Source: Mobula hypostoma (taxonomy: Eukaryota). From it: DNA of 64,000 bases. Positions 50,580-62,504 of this stretch are shown here, piece after piece. The DNA is taken from NCBI RefSeq assembly GCF_963921235.1, contig NC_086109.1, forward strand, positions 20,772,001 through 20,836,000, in the 5' to 3' direction. Made by a program: the position numbers and the translations under genes. The notes below the pieces were generated by a model. That model was not told where the DNA came from. It saw only the letters and a program-made list of their open reading frames with translations, and made no database searches. Every line of letters begins with the position of its first letter. Within the stretch, counting starts at the first letter, position 1.

Positions 50580-50720
50580 ACTGCCATCTGTGAGAATTAC
50601 AATACCATGTCTGATACCACCTTCAAAGCCTTACGCAGGAGCTTGCCAGTAACCCGCACAAAAGTCGATTGGAACAAGATCATGAGCTACAGGATTGGTC
50701 AAGAAATGCAAAGTGCTTAA
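50580..50720 (+). CDS. capza: CAPZA last coding exon 10 (141 nt including TAA)
   Basis: tttcag acceptor; [46 protein letters not shown]; exons 2-10 total 822 nt in one open frame. Confidence 0.97.
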   Translation, partial: TAICENYNTMSDTTFKALRRSLPVTRTKVDWNKIMSYRIGQEMQSA

Positions 50721-52760
50721 AGCAACATAAAAGAGGCTTAATGTCAATGTGCAGGATATAAAAAGTGCAAGGTGTGGTCTCACGAAATTTGAGGACTGAC
50801 TCTCCGGTTAACTTCTTTCTGCTCTGCCTTCTCCCACTTTTTCCTAAGCTCTCAGAAACTTTGACCAACCATGTTGTGCAATGGAACTAGAATGTTACAA
50901 ATTACAGTGCAATTGCCATTTTATAAGATGTCATTCAGTTAATGTGTGTGTCTTTAGAAAAGGAATTGGTCACTTGGCTGAATGAACAGCCCATGTGGTG
51001 ATCATTTATGAAGTGTAAGGATATTTTGATGTATTGGGTCAAATTCTAATTGTTCTTTTTTTTTGTCTCCCTTTGGGTTTGTAGTAACTCTTACGTTTAA
51101 AATATGGTTGCTTTCTGGAAGTGTAGCCAGCAGAACAGGTAATAGCTTGAAAACATGTAGTTGTCCTTAGCAGCTGAGTAAGAGAATTTGAAGTCATCAA
51201 GCTTTTTGAAAGGGTAGCTGGTGATTCTCGGAGCTTTGCAGCTTTAGAATTTCAAATCAGGGTTCCTCCTGACTCTTGTATTTTTTATTGTTCTCCTTTT
51301 TTCCCCTTTTGTGAGGCCACACCTCATGCCATCACCAACCAGGCAGAATGGTGCAGTGTTCAAGCACCTTTCTTTAAAAACTAAATCCAGAAATCAGCCG
51401 AGGTAACTCTGCTTAAAGGTACTGCTTGTCTGAAGAAAGCTTGAAGCAACAGCATTCGGTGTTCTCTCTTCTGCTCCACTTCCTCACCTAATCGCTTCAA
51501 AATGTCTATCATGTGTCTTTAATCATTATATTGTGCATTCAGGGGGTTCCATTATGTAAACCAGGTTGATTAATGCCTTCGAGGTCAAGCCTATGCTTTT
51601 TCAGTATATTGGCTGACTTAGGTTGCAAACAGCAAGAAACTGGAAAATTAGACTGGAAAGTTGCTCTGTTGAAGGGAGATTAGAGAGGCAGAGGAGTGGA
51701 AACATGGACAATTCAATATACTGATCTTCCTCTCACACTTGTTTTACCTCATTTTTTTGATATACAAGTACTTAAACCAATGCTGTAAAAGCACCAGCAG
51801 AGAGGGATAGTAACTTGCTCTTTTAGGCAGAAATGTTTCAAAATGATAACTGAAGGACCCAAATACTGTTGATCAGTTGAAGGAAGAAACAATGGGATGA
51901 TAATTTTGAGGCAGCCAACATCTGGATCAGCCATTCTGACCACCTGCCTTAGTCCATTGTAACCTTCCACGTCTCAGTTATAAGCTGCAACTAGTGAAAT
52001 ACAACATGCAATGAAGCAAGTTCTGCTGCATTCCTGAAAAGCTACTGTCAAAAGAAAGAGAGGCACGCCAGTACAGTTATGACTGGTGAAGGAAGTGGAG
52101 AGTTTGAGAGCTTATCCTCTGTTTGGACTGGCTGGTGCAAAGTTAAGTTCTTAAGATCTTCCATCCGTTGACCGCTTGCTGTTACCTTTTATCAGTAAAT
52201 GGATACCTGGATGGAAAGGATAGGTAATGCGTAAAGAGGACGTGAGGAAGGTCACTGCAAATTAAATTGCGGTTATTAGGTGTTCATTTTTTTTACTGTA
52301 TTAACTTGCACAGAAACAAATATAAAGCAAAGTCAATGGGACATTTGGCAGTCTAGTATTATCCACACCAATATTTTTACAGAATTCTATGCTGTTAAGA
52401 TTTTTTTTAGAAAAAAGAAAAAAATTACATAACTCCCTTTCTCTTAATCTCCAAAAAGGCTTTGCTTTTTATCTTAAAATAGATTTTTTTGTACTGTATT
52501 TTGCTTTTATTAAATCTACAATGCAAATTTTTTTAGTCGTACACTGCCAGTGGAATTTCAAAATTGAGGGAGGCAAGTGGTGTATCACGTGTCAGATGAA
52601 ACAATGGTGGTGAGCTTAAAGATTAATGGATTTCCAGAATGAAATTGTAATCAGCAAGATTCTCTGCTTGACGGGTAACTGTGCAGTTGCAAAAAAAGTG
52701 GAGCAATTTTTTAATTGATTTTGAATCTAGTAAAATTACTTACATTTGTCATTTTCTCTT
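50721..52760 (+). other. probable 3' UTR of the CAPZA gene
   Basis: About 2 kb after the stop with no recognisable TE; variant poly(A) signals ATTAAA (52509-52514) and AGTAAA (52729-52734) followed by U-rich sequence; the end point is inferred. Confidence 0.5.
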
Positions 52761-55700
52761 GCTGTTTTATTTCTTGCATCTCAAATATAAGGCAAAGGTT
52801 CATTTGGAGAATGTAAATAATTAAATCAAATAGGTAGTGAAAAAAAATAGAAATAAAAAGTAATGGTACTGTTCATGGGTTCAATGTCCATTTAGGAATT
52901 GGATGGCAGAGGGGAAGAAGCTGTTCCTGAATCACTGAGTGTGTGCTTTCAGGCTTCTGTACCCCCTTCCTGATGGTAACATTGAGAAGAGGGCATGTCC
53001 TGGGTGGTGGGGGGTCGCTAATGATGGGTGCCACCTTTTTGAGGCACTGCTCCTTGAAGATACAGTGGATACGTGGTAGCTAGTGCTCATGATGAAGCTG
53101 ACTAATTTTAAAACACCCTGGAATTTACTTCGATCCTATGCAGTAGCACCACCGCCCCTCTCTCACCACCACCCACCCCCCATACTAGCCAGTAATACAG
53201 TTAGCCAGTTAAAATGCTCTTCACGGTACATCAGTAGAAATTCTCGAGTATGAAGACTTGTAATCTAAAAATTCACTGATGTGCAGCCATTTGTCACCAT
53301 CTTCAACAGAAATACTGTGGCCAAAGAGCCTGTTCCTATGCTGATGAGGGAGTATCTGCTTGTTCTTGAGAATTGTTTCAGAAGACTATGCACTGTTCTG
53401 ATCCACACAGTGATATTAACAAAGTCATCAAAGGAGGCCTACAGTTAGCTGGGACTCAGGGATTATGATGGAGATTGGAGTGGATGAAATGGTATATGGA
53501 AGAAAACAAGTGGGTTGCTGTCTGGTTATCTTCGTTCACTGTTATAGACAATGACAGTTGGTCTGGGTTTCATGTTACAACATTGGTAGGCATGATCACC
53601 CTTGCTACCACCTAGAAGGATCTCTGACAGATACGGTTTACACATTTGAAGACTGGGGTCAGTGTGACCATTGGACAATTGAACAACTCACAGGGATAGA
53701 GGAGATCTGTACCACTTTAAAATTATAAACCTCTGTAGCCAGTGTCAAGAGCTGACATGGTGAAATAGGATTACGCTACCACACCTGTGGCCATGATGAA
53801 TGGACCCAGGACCTTCGCCCCACTCCCAGTTTCAAACTACCCTACTGGTTTAAAAAAAACCTAAATGAAATGTAATGAGAATTAGATGTTGCACAGCTAG
53901 AATAGACTCTTAAACTCATGTTGAAAAATGGATCTGTTGTACATCAGCAGTTACCACTGATGGAGGAAGAAATGCTGGCATAGAAGACGATAAAGAATAG
54001 TCAAACCAAAATAGTTGTCGAGTTGATGTTAGTGTTGAATCTCCCAATCTGTTGAATGAGGTAGCCTAACTTCTGAGTCATTACCATTTTGTAGGTAGAC
54101 CATCATGTTTGTCCTCCTGCATTAAATCAATTCCTACTCTTCAAGCAGTGCATGTTAACTTTATTTGGCTAAACAAGAATTTGCATTTATATACCCCCTT
54201 AACTGCATCCAATCAGTGAGCTGGAACACAAGAAGAAGCAGTACTTTCATTTAGATCCACGGCTGAAGTTTTTAAAGATCAGCGCTTCGTGGCAGTTTTT
54301 GGAGTTGGACTGAATGTGATTCATTAGGAAAGATGAATAAAAATTAAGGTGGGGCAAGCAGAGTGGCCATTGTGGGAGTGGGCCAGTGCTGGAGTGGTTT
54401 TGGCTCATCAGGCTTGGGCAAGGTAAGTGTCTGGTAAGTTTCCCCTTCTCCTTTATTTTTCATTCCTCGTCTGTTAAGGCACAGTTAGTGCGATGAAAAT
54501 GGCTGCGGGGCAGTGTCTTGTATGAAATGTGGGAATTCTAAGAAACCTCCAGTCTCCTAGATAACCACATCTGCACCAGGTGCGCTGAGCTGCAGCTCCT
54601 CAAAGAACGTGTTAAGGAAATGGAACCGCAGCTTGATGACCTTTGGCTCTCACGCGAGAATGAGGAAGTGATAAATAGGTGCAACAGGGAGGTAGTCACC
54701 CCTAGGTTGCAGGAGTCAGATCACTGGGTGACTATCGGAAAGGAAATGGGCAGCCAGTGCAGAGTACTCCTGTGGCCATTTCTCTTGTACTAAGTATGCC
54801 ACTGGATGCTGTTGAGTGGGTTGACCTACTGGGGCGGGGGGGGGGGGGAGCCACTGCCACTGTCACCATGTCTCCTGCACTTAGTCTAGTGCTGTGGCTC
54901 AGAACAGAAGAGAGGTGAAGAGGACTGCAATAGCGATGAGATTCCATATTTAGAGGAATAGAGACAGGATTCTGTGAATGTGATAGCAACACCCAGACGG
55001 TATGTTGTTTCCCACGTGCCAGGGCCAGGGATGTCTTGGACAGGGTCCACAGCATTCTCAAGGAGGAGGGTGAGCAGCCAGAAATCTTGGTACATATTGG
55101 CAACAATGACATAGGTAAAAAGTAGGGAGGTCCTGAAGAGAGATTTTAAGGAGCAAGGCAGTAAACTGAAAAGTAGGACCTCCAGGGTAGTAATCTCTGG
55201 ATTGCTGCTTGTGCCACACACCAGTGAGGGTAAGAACAGGATGATTTGGCAGATAAATGCATGACTGAGGAACTGGTGCAGTGGGTAGGGGTTCAGATTT
55301 CTCTGGGGAAGGTACAGCCTGCACAAAAGGGATGGGTTACACCTGAACCTGAGGGGGACCAATATCTTCACAGGTAGGTTTTCTAGAGCTGTTTGGGAGG
55401 GTTTAAGCTAATTTGGCAGGAGGGTTGGGACAGGAGTGATAGGACTGAGGATGGGGTCATGTAGTACAACTGCTAGCAGGGAGAGGCTGATGATACTGCA
55501 AAATTATAGCTACAGGATGAATTACAATGTAAAAGGGGCAAAATCAATAAGGGTGATGAATATAGGACTGCAGGTGTTATATTTGAATGCACACAGTATA
55601 CGGAATAAATTAGATGAACTTGTTCAGGACAGTTACGACGGTCATGGGGGATTTCAAAATGCAGGTAGATTGGGGAAAATCAGGTTGGTGCTGGATCCCA

Positions 55701-56032
55701 AGAGGGGGAATTTGCACAACGCCCAGCAGGGGATCAGCTATTCTGGATTGGGTATTGTGCAATGAACCAGAAGTGATTAGAGAGCTTAATGTAAAGGAAC
55801 TCTTTGGAGAAAGTGATCATAATATGATGGAATTCACGCAGCAACTTGAGAAGGAGATGCTAAAGTCAGATGTATCAATACTACAGCGGAGTAAAGAAAA
55901 TTACAGAGACATGAGAGAGGAGCTGGCCAAAATTGATTGGAGGGAACATTAGCAGGGATGATGGTAGAGCAGCAATGGCTGGAATTTCTGGGAGCAATTC
56001 AGAAGGTGCAGGATAGATGTATCCCAAGGAAG

Positions 56033-56535
56033 GTGTGGTGGTGGTTGTCTGATGGTGACAGGAAACCTGTATGGGAGAATTGTTAAAGTGCAAAAACTAT
56101 TGCACTGGGGCAATTCCATTCTATCCATCTCAGAAGTCCATTGAGTGGTACAAACAAGAGCAGTGGATGACCATGACATACATCTGTGCCTTTTCTCTCC
56201 ATGGAACTTTGCAGTACTGCCTTCCTGGCCATTGGACCTCACTGTAGGTCTCATCCACCCAGTCCACCAGAGCTGACTTTGCGTGCTGGGACAGGTATGT
56301 CCCTAGCTCACCTGAGTATGGGGCCACTGGCTACCTTCACCTGGTTTAGCCTGCCAGTTGAAATAATATACCAGGATGTAGCTGCTGATGCTTGCAAACA
56401 GCTAATTTGAGCTGCAGGTGAGAGCTGGGTATCTGGTGGGGACCAAAGGTGAGTGAGCTGCCCCAGAATGGACACAAGTCCCTATGCCAGAGTGCTACCC
56501 CTCCCTGGACAATCCATACACTCCTCCTAAAGACC
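56033..56535 (-). repeat. unclassified ~500-bp interspersed repeat, copy C, inserted in the old CR1
   Basis: Interrupts CR1 ORF2 sequence; (CCA)n-like tail on the - strand. Confidence 0.6.
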
Positions 56536-58645
56536 AAGTATTCTACAGGCAGGATGATGCAACTGTGGCTGACAAGAAGTCAAAACCAACATAAAATCCA
56601 AAGAGAAGGCATATAATAATGCAAAATTAGTGGGAAGGTTGGGACGTGTTTAAAAACCAGCAGAAGACAACTAAGTCATAAGCAAAAGATGGAATATGAA
56701 AGTAAGCTAGTCAATAAAATTAAAGAGGATATGAAAAGTTCCTTCAGATATATTAAGTGTAAAAGAGGTGAGATTAGACATCAGAACGCTGAAAAAATGA
56801 TGCTGGAGAGGTAGGAATGGGGGACAAGGAAATGGCGGATGAACTGAATAAGTATTATTGATTGCTCTTTGTTGTGGAAGACGCTGGCGGTATGCCAGAA
56901 GCTCAAGAGTGTTAGGGGGCAGAGAAAAGGAAACTATAGGCCAATTAGTTGAACGTCAGTGTAGAGAAGATGTTGGGGTCAATTGTTAAGCATGTGATTT
57001 CAGGGTACTTGGAGGTACATGATAAAATAGGCCATAGTCAACATGGTTTCCACAAAGGAAAGTCTTGCCTAACATCCGACAAATTCTTTGGAAACAATAA
57101 ACAGGATAGACAAAGAATCAGTGGATGTTGTGTACTTGGATTTTCAGAAGGCCTTTGACAAGGTGCCACACATGAGGCTGCTTAACAAGATAAGAGCCCA
57201 TGGTATCACAAAAATGATCTAGCATGGATAGAGCATCGGCTGATTGGCAGGAGGCAAAGAGTGGGAATGAAGGGAGCATTTTCTGGTTGGCTGCCAGTGA
57301 CTCATGGTGTTCCATGGAGTTCTGTGTTGGGGTCGCTTCTTTTTATGTTATATGTCAATGATTTGGATGACAGAATTGATGGCTTTGTGGCTAGATTTGC
57401 AGACAATACAGAGACAGGTGGAGGGGCAGGTAGTTTTGAGGAAGCAGAGAGGCTGTAAGAGGACTTGAATTAGGGGAATGGGCAAAGTGGCAGATGGAAT
57501 ACAATGTCAGGAAGTGTATGGCCATGTACTTCGATAGATGAAATAAAAGTGGAGACTATTTTCTAGATGTAAGAAAACTCAAGGTTTCCCTGAAGGTTAA
57601 TTTGCAGGTTGATTCGGTGGTGAGGAAGGCAAATACAATGTTAGCATTCATTTCAAGAGGACTAGAATATAAAACCAAGGATGTTATGTTGAGGCAATAG
57701 ACAATAGGTGCAGGAGTAGGCCATTCGGCTCTTCGAGCCAGCACTGCCATTCACTGTGATCATGGCTGATCATCCACAATCAGTATCCAGTTCCTGCCTT
57801 ATCCCCCTTTGATTCCACTATCTTTAAGAGTTCTATCCATCTCTTTCTTGAAAGCATCCAGAGTCTTGGCCTCCACAGCCTTCTGGGGCAGAGCATTCCA
57901 TACATCCACCACTTTCTGGATGAAAAAGTTTTTCCTCAACTCCATTCTAAATGACCTACGCCTTATTCTTAAACTGTGTCCTCTGGGTCTGGACTCGCCC
58001 CTCAGCGGGAACATGCTTCCTGCCTCCAGTATGTCTAATCCCTTAATAATCTTATATGTTTCAATAAGATCCCCTCTCAGCCTTCTAAATTCCAGAGTAT
58101 ACAAGCCCAGTCGCTCCAATCTTTCGACATGACAGTCCCGCCATCCCGGTAATTAACCTTGTGAACCTATGCTGCACTCCCTCAATAGCAAGAAAGTCCT
58201 TCCTTAAATTTGGAGACCGAAACCGCACACACTACTCCAGGTGTGGTCTCACCAGGGCCCTGTACAGCTGCAGAAGGACCTCCTTGCTCTTATACTCAAT
58301 TCCCCTTATCAAGGCCAGCATGGCATTAGCTTTCTTCACTGTCTGCTGTACTTGCATGCTTCCTTTCAGTGACTGATGTACAAGAACACCTAGATCTCGT
58401 TGTGCTTCCCCTTTTCCTAACTTGACTCCATTTAGATAATAATCTGCCTTCCTGTTCTTACCACCAAAGTGGATAACCTCACATTTATCCACATTAAACT
58501 GCATCTGCCATGCATCTGTCCACTCACCCAGCCTGTCCAAGTCACCCTGCATTCTCATACCATCCTCCTCACATTTCACACTGCCACCCAGCTTTGTGTC
58601 ATCAGCAAATTTGCTAATGTTACTTTTAACTCCCTCATCTAAATC

Positions 58646-58648
<3 letters not shown>

Positions 58649-58692
<44 letters not shown>
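58649..58692. repeat. (TA)22 microsatellite inside the CR1 RT
   Basis: Seen directly; expands the codons of the FTIYIND motif. Confidence 0.95.
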
Positions 58693-58695
<3 letters not shown>

Positions 58696-59570
58696 AACAG
58701 CTGCGGTCCCTGTACTGAACCCTGTGGTACCCCACTGGTCACTGCCTGCCATTCCAAAAGGGACCCATTAATCGCTACTCTTTGTTTCCTGTCAGCCAGC
58801 CAATTTTCAATCCATGTCAGTACTCTGCCCCCAATACCATGTGCCCTAATTTTGCCCACTAATCTCCTATGTGGGACTTTACCAAAGGCTTTCTGAAAGT
58901 CCAGGTACACTACATCCACTGGCTCTCCCTTGTCCATTTTCATAGTTATGTCCTCAAAAAATTCCAGAAGATTAGTCAAGCACGATTTCCCCTTTGTAAA
59001 TCCATGCTGACTTGGACCAATCCTGTTACTGCTATCCAGATGTGTCGTAATTTCTTCTTTTATAATTGACTCCAGCATCTTTCCCATCACCGACGACAGG
59101 CTAACCGGTCTACAATTCCATGTTTTCTCTCTTCCTCCCTTCTTGAAGAGAGGGACAACATTAGCCACCCTCCAATCCACAGGAACTGATCCTGAATCTA
59201 TAGAACATTGGAAAATGATTACCAATGTGTCCACGATTTCTAAAGCCACCTCCTTAAGTACCCTGGGATGCAGACCATCAGGTCCCGGGGACTTATCAGC
59301 CTTCAGACCCAACAGCCTATCCAACACCATTTCCTGCCTAATATAAATTTCCTTCAATTCATCCATTACCCTAGGTCCTTTGGCCACTATTACATCTGGG
59401 AGATTGTTTGTGTCTTCCCTAGTGAAGACAGATCCAAAGTACCTGTTCAACTCGTCTGCCATTTCCTTGTTCTCCATAATAAATTCACCTGCTTCTGTCT
59501 TCAAGGGCCCAATTTTGGTCTTAACTAATTTTTTCCTTTTCACATATCTAAAGAAGCTTTTACTATCCTC

Positions 59571-59801
59571 ACAACACACATCAAAGTTGCTGGTGAACGC
59601 AGCAGGCCAGGCAGCATCTCCAGGAAGAGGCACAGTCGATGTCTCAGGCCGAGACCCTTAGTCCTGATGAAGGGTCTCGGCCTGAGACATCGACTGCGCC
59701 TCTTCCTGGAGATGCTGCCTGGCCTGCTGCGTTCACCAGCGACTTTGATGTGTGTTGCTTGAATTTCCAGCATCTGCAGAATTCCTGTTGTTTGCGTTTA
59801 A
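59571..59801. mobile_element. palindromic Penelope-derived non-autonomous insertion
   Basis: 13-bp TSD ttttactatcctc (59558-59570 and 59802-59814); 88-bp inverted arms; CTGATGA core. Confidence 0.8.
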
Positions 59802-62504
59802 TTTTACTATCCTCCTTTATATTCTTGGCTAGTTTACCTTCATAGCTCATTTTTTTCTCCGCATTTTGCCTTTTTAGTTACCTTCTGTTGCTCTTTAAAA
59901 GTTTCCCAATCCTCCGGCTTCCCACTCGTCTCTGCTATGCTATACTTCTTCTCTTTTATTTTTATACTGTCCATTACTTCCCTTGTCAGCCACGGCCTCC
60001 CTTTACTCCCCTTAGGATCTTTCTTCCTCTTTGGAACGAACTGATCCTGCACCTTCTGCATTATCCCCAGAAACATTTACCATTGCTGTTCCACTGTCAT
60101 CCCTGCTTGGGTATTGTTCCATTGAACTTTGGCCAGCTCCTCCATCACAGCACCATATTTCCCTTTGTTCAACTGTAATACTGACACTTCCGAGTTTCCC
60201 TTCTCCCTCTCAAATTGTAGATTAAAACTTATCATATTACGGTCACTACCTCCTAATGGCTCCTTTACCTCGAGGTCCCTGATCAAATCCGGTTCATTGC
60301 ACAACACTAAATCTAGAATTGCGTTCTCTCTGGTAGGCTCCAGTACAAGCTGTTCTAAGAATCCATCTTGGAGGGACTCCACAAACGCCCTTTCTTGGGG
60401 TCCAGTACCAACCTGATTCCTCCAGTCTACCTGCATGTTGAAATCCCCTATAACAACTGTAGCATTACCTTTGTGACATGCCAATTTTAACTCTTGATTC
60501 AACTTACATCCTACATCCAGACTACTGTTTGGGGGCCTGTAGATAACTCCCATTAGGGTCTTTCTACGCTTAGAATTTCTCAGTTCTATCCATACTGACT
60601 CTACGTCTCCTGATTCTATGTCCCCCCTCGCAGGGGACTGAATATCATTCCTCACCAACAGAGCCACCCCACCCCCTCTGCCCATCAGTCTGTCCTTTCG
60701 ATAGGACGTATACCTTGAATATTCATTTCCCAGGCCCTGTCCACTTGAAGCCATGTCTCTGTTATTCCCACAACATCATACTTACCAATTTCCAACTGTG
60801 CCTCAAACTCATCCACTTTATTTCTTATACTCCGTGCATTCATATACAATACTTTCAATTCATTACTCCCCTCACCTCCCATATCAATTCCTATTTCACT
60901 TGGCCATACTGTACGATCCCTTCTTGAGCTTTCTGCTCTGTTGATTCTGTTGTCTTTCTTAACTTTTCTTATTCTCACTTTCCCTTTATCTCCATCCTTA
61001 TATTTCCAGTTCGTCCCCTCCCCCACTACTTAGTTTAAACACACCCGTGTTGCAGAGGCAAACCTGCCTGCCAGAATGCTGGTGCCCTGCTTATTAAGGT
61101 GCAACCCGTCCCTTTTGTACAATTCATCCTTACCCCGAAACGTACCCCAGTGGTCCAAGAATGTAAATCCTTGCTTCCTGCACCAGTTCCTCAGCCACAC
61201 ATTCAGATCCATTATCTCCCTGTCCTTACCCACTCCAGCACGGGGAACTGGAAGCAAACCGGAGATAACCACCCTGGAAGTCCTGCCTTTTAGCCTTCTT
61301 CCGAGTTCTCTGAAGTCACGCTGTAGAATGTCTTTCCTCTTCTTCCCCACGTCATTTGTGCCAACGTGCACCACCACTTCCGGATGTTCACCTTCACTCT
61401 TGAGGATTCCCTGCAATCAGTCCGTGACATCCTGGATCCCGGCACCAGGGAGGCAACACACCATCCTTAAATCTCACCTGTTGCCACAGAAACCCCTTTA
61501 TAAGGCATTGATGAAGCCTCATTTAAAGTATTGTGAGCCATTTTCTAAGAAAGGATGTGCTGACATTAGAGAGGCTTCAAAGGATATTCACAAAAATAAT
61601 GCCATGATTAAAAGGATATCATATGAGGTGCATTTGAGGGCTCTGGGCCTGTACTCACTGGAATTCAGAAGAATGCGGGCGGGAGGGATCTCATTGAAAC
61701 CTATTGAATGTTGAAAGGCCTTGATAGAGGGGATGTGTGAGGTTGTTTCCTATGGTGTGGGAGTGTAAAACCAAAGCCTCAGAGTAGAGGGGCTTCCTTT
61801 TAGAATGGAGATGAGGAATTTCTTTAGCCAAAGAATAATGAATCTGTGGAATTCGTTGCCACAGGCAGTGGAGGCCAAGTCATTCGGTATATTTAAATCA
61901 GAAGTTAATAGATTCTTCATTAATCAGGCCATGAAGGGATATGGAGAGAATTCAGGAGATTCGGGCTGAATGGGAAATGGATCAGCCATGACGAAATGGT
62001 GGAGCAGACTTGATGAGCCAAATGGTTCTAATTCTGCTCCTATATCGTATAGTCTTACATAAAATGAATAAGAATATGCAATAATATGCTCTCTTAACAT
62101 AAAATGCCCCCTAAGGCTTGTAATGAGAACATTCAGTTTGATACTAAGCAACATTATGGATACAAAAGAACTAACTTGGTCAATTATACTTTAAACTGTT
62201 ACGTAATGCGATGAAAGGGGAAAGAAATCCAGTGCTTTACACATGATTGACTGAGTGGGATGTGACCTATTGTGGAACAATGCACAAATGGAGATGCGCA
62301 TAAGGCCATAATTGAAGGAATACAGGGAACTTGAAAGAGTTGCAGACCATGGAAATTGTTAAAGATAAGGCCTTTGGCAAATGAACTGATTGCTAATTTT
62401 TTCTCTCTCCCTGAAAGCATACGGAAGAAAACCAGCCTGTGATCTTATTGAGTTATATGGAGTACAGTTTAAAAAATAGTTTATCAGCAGAGCTCAGCTA
62501 CTAA

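Larger units (their letters stand above)
57696..61496 (-). mobile_element. relatively young CR1-clade LINE (part of esterase ORF1 plus EN-RT ORF2), 5'-truncated
   Basis: SGNH esterase (VHVGTNDV, DGLHLN) at 61030-61416; endonuclease (YMNARSIRNK, IGDFN, LGGSD); RT (YLDFQKAF, GVPQGS, KFADDTK); CR1 3' tail at 57696; host CR1 resumes at 61497. Confidence 0.93.
54330..62060 (+). mobile_element. old decayed CR1-clade LINE hosting the younger CR1 and repeat copy C
   Basis: ORF1 zinc-finger and esterase remnants at ~54500-55400, EN/RT remnants at 55560-57695, continuation at 61497-62060 ending in the CR1 tail aattctgctcctat. Confidence 0.85.

Noticed and set aside
58644..59633. 329-aa ORF as a novel RT gene with an unusual N-terminus and IY repeat
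   Set aside because: It is CR1 ORF2; the N-terminus comes from the inserted hairpin element and the IYIY tail from the TA microsatellite.
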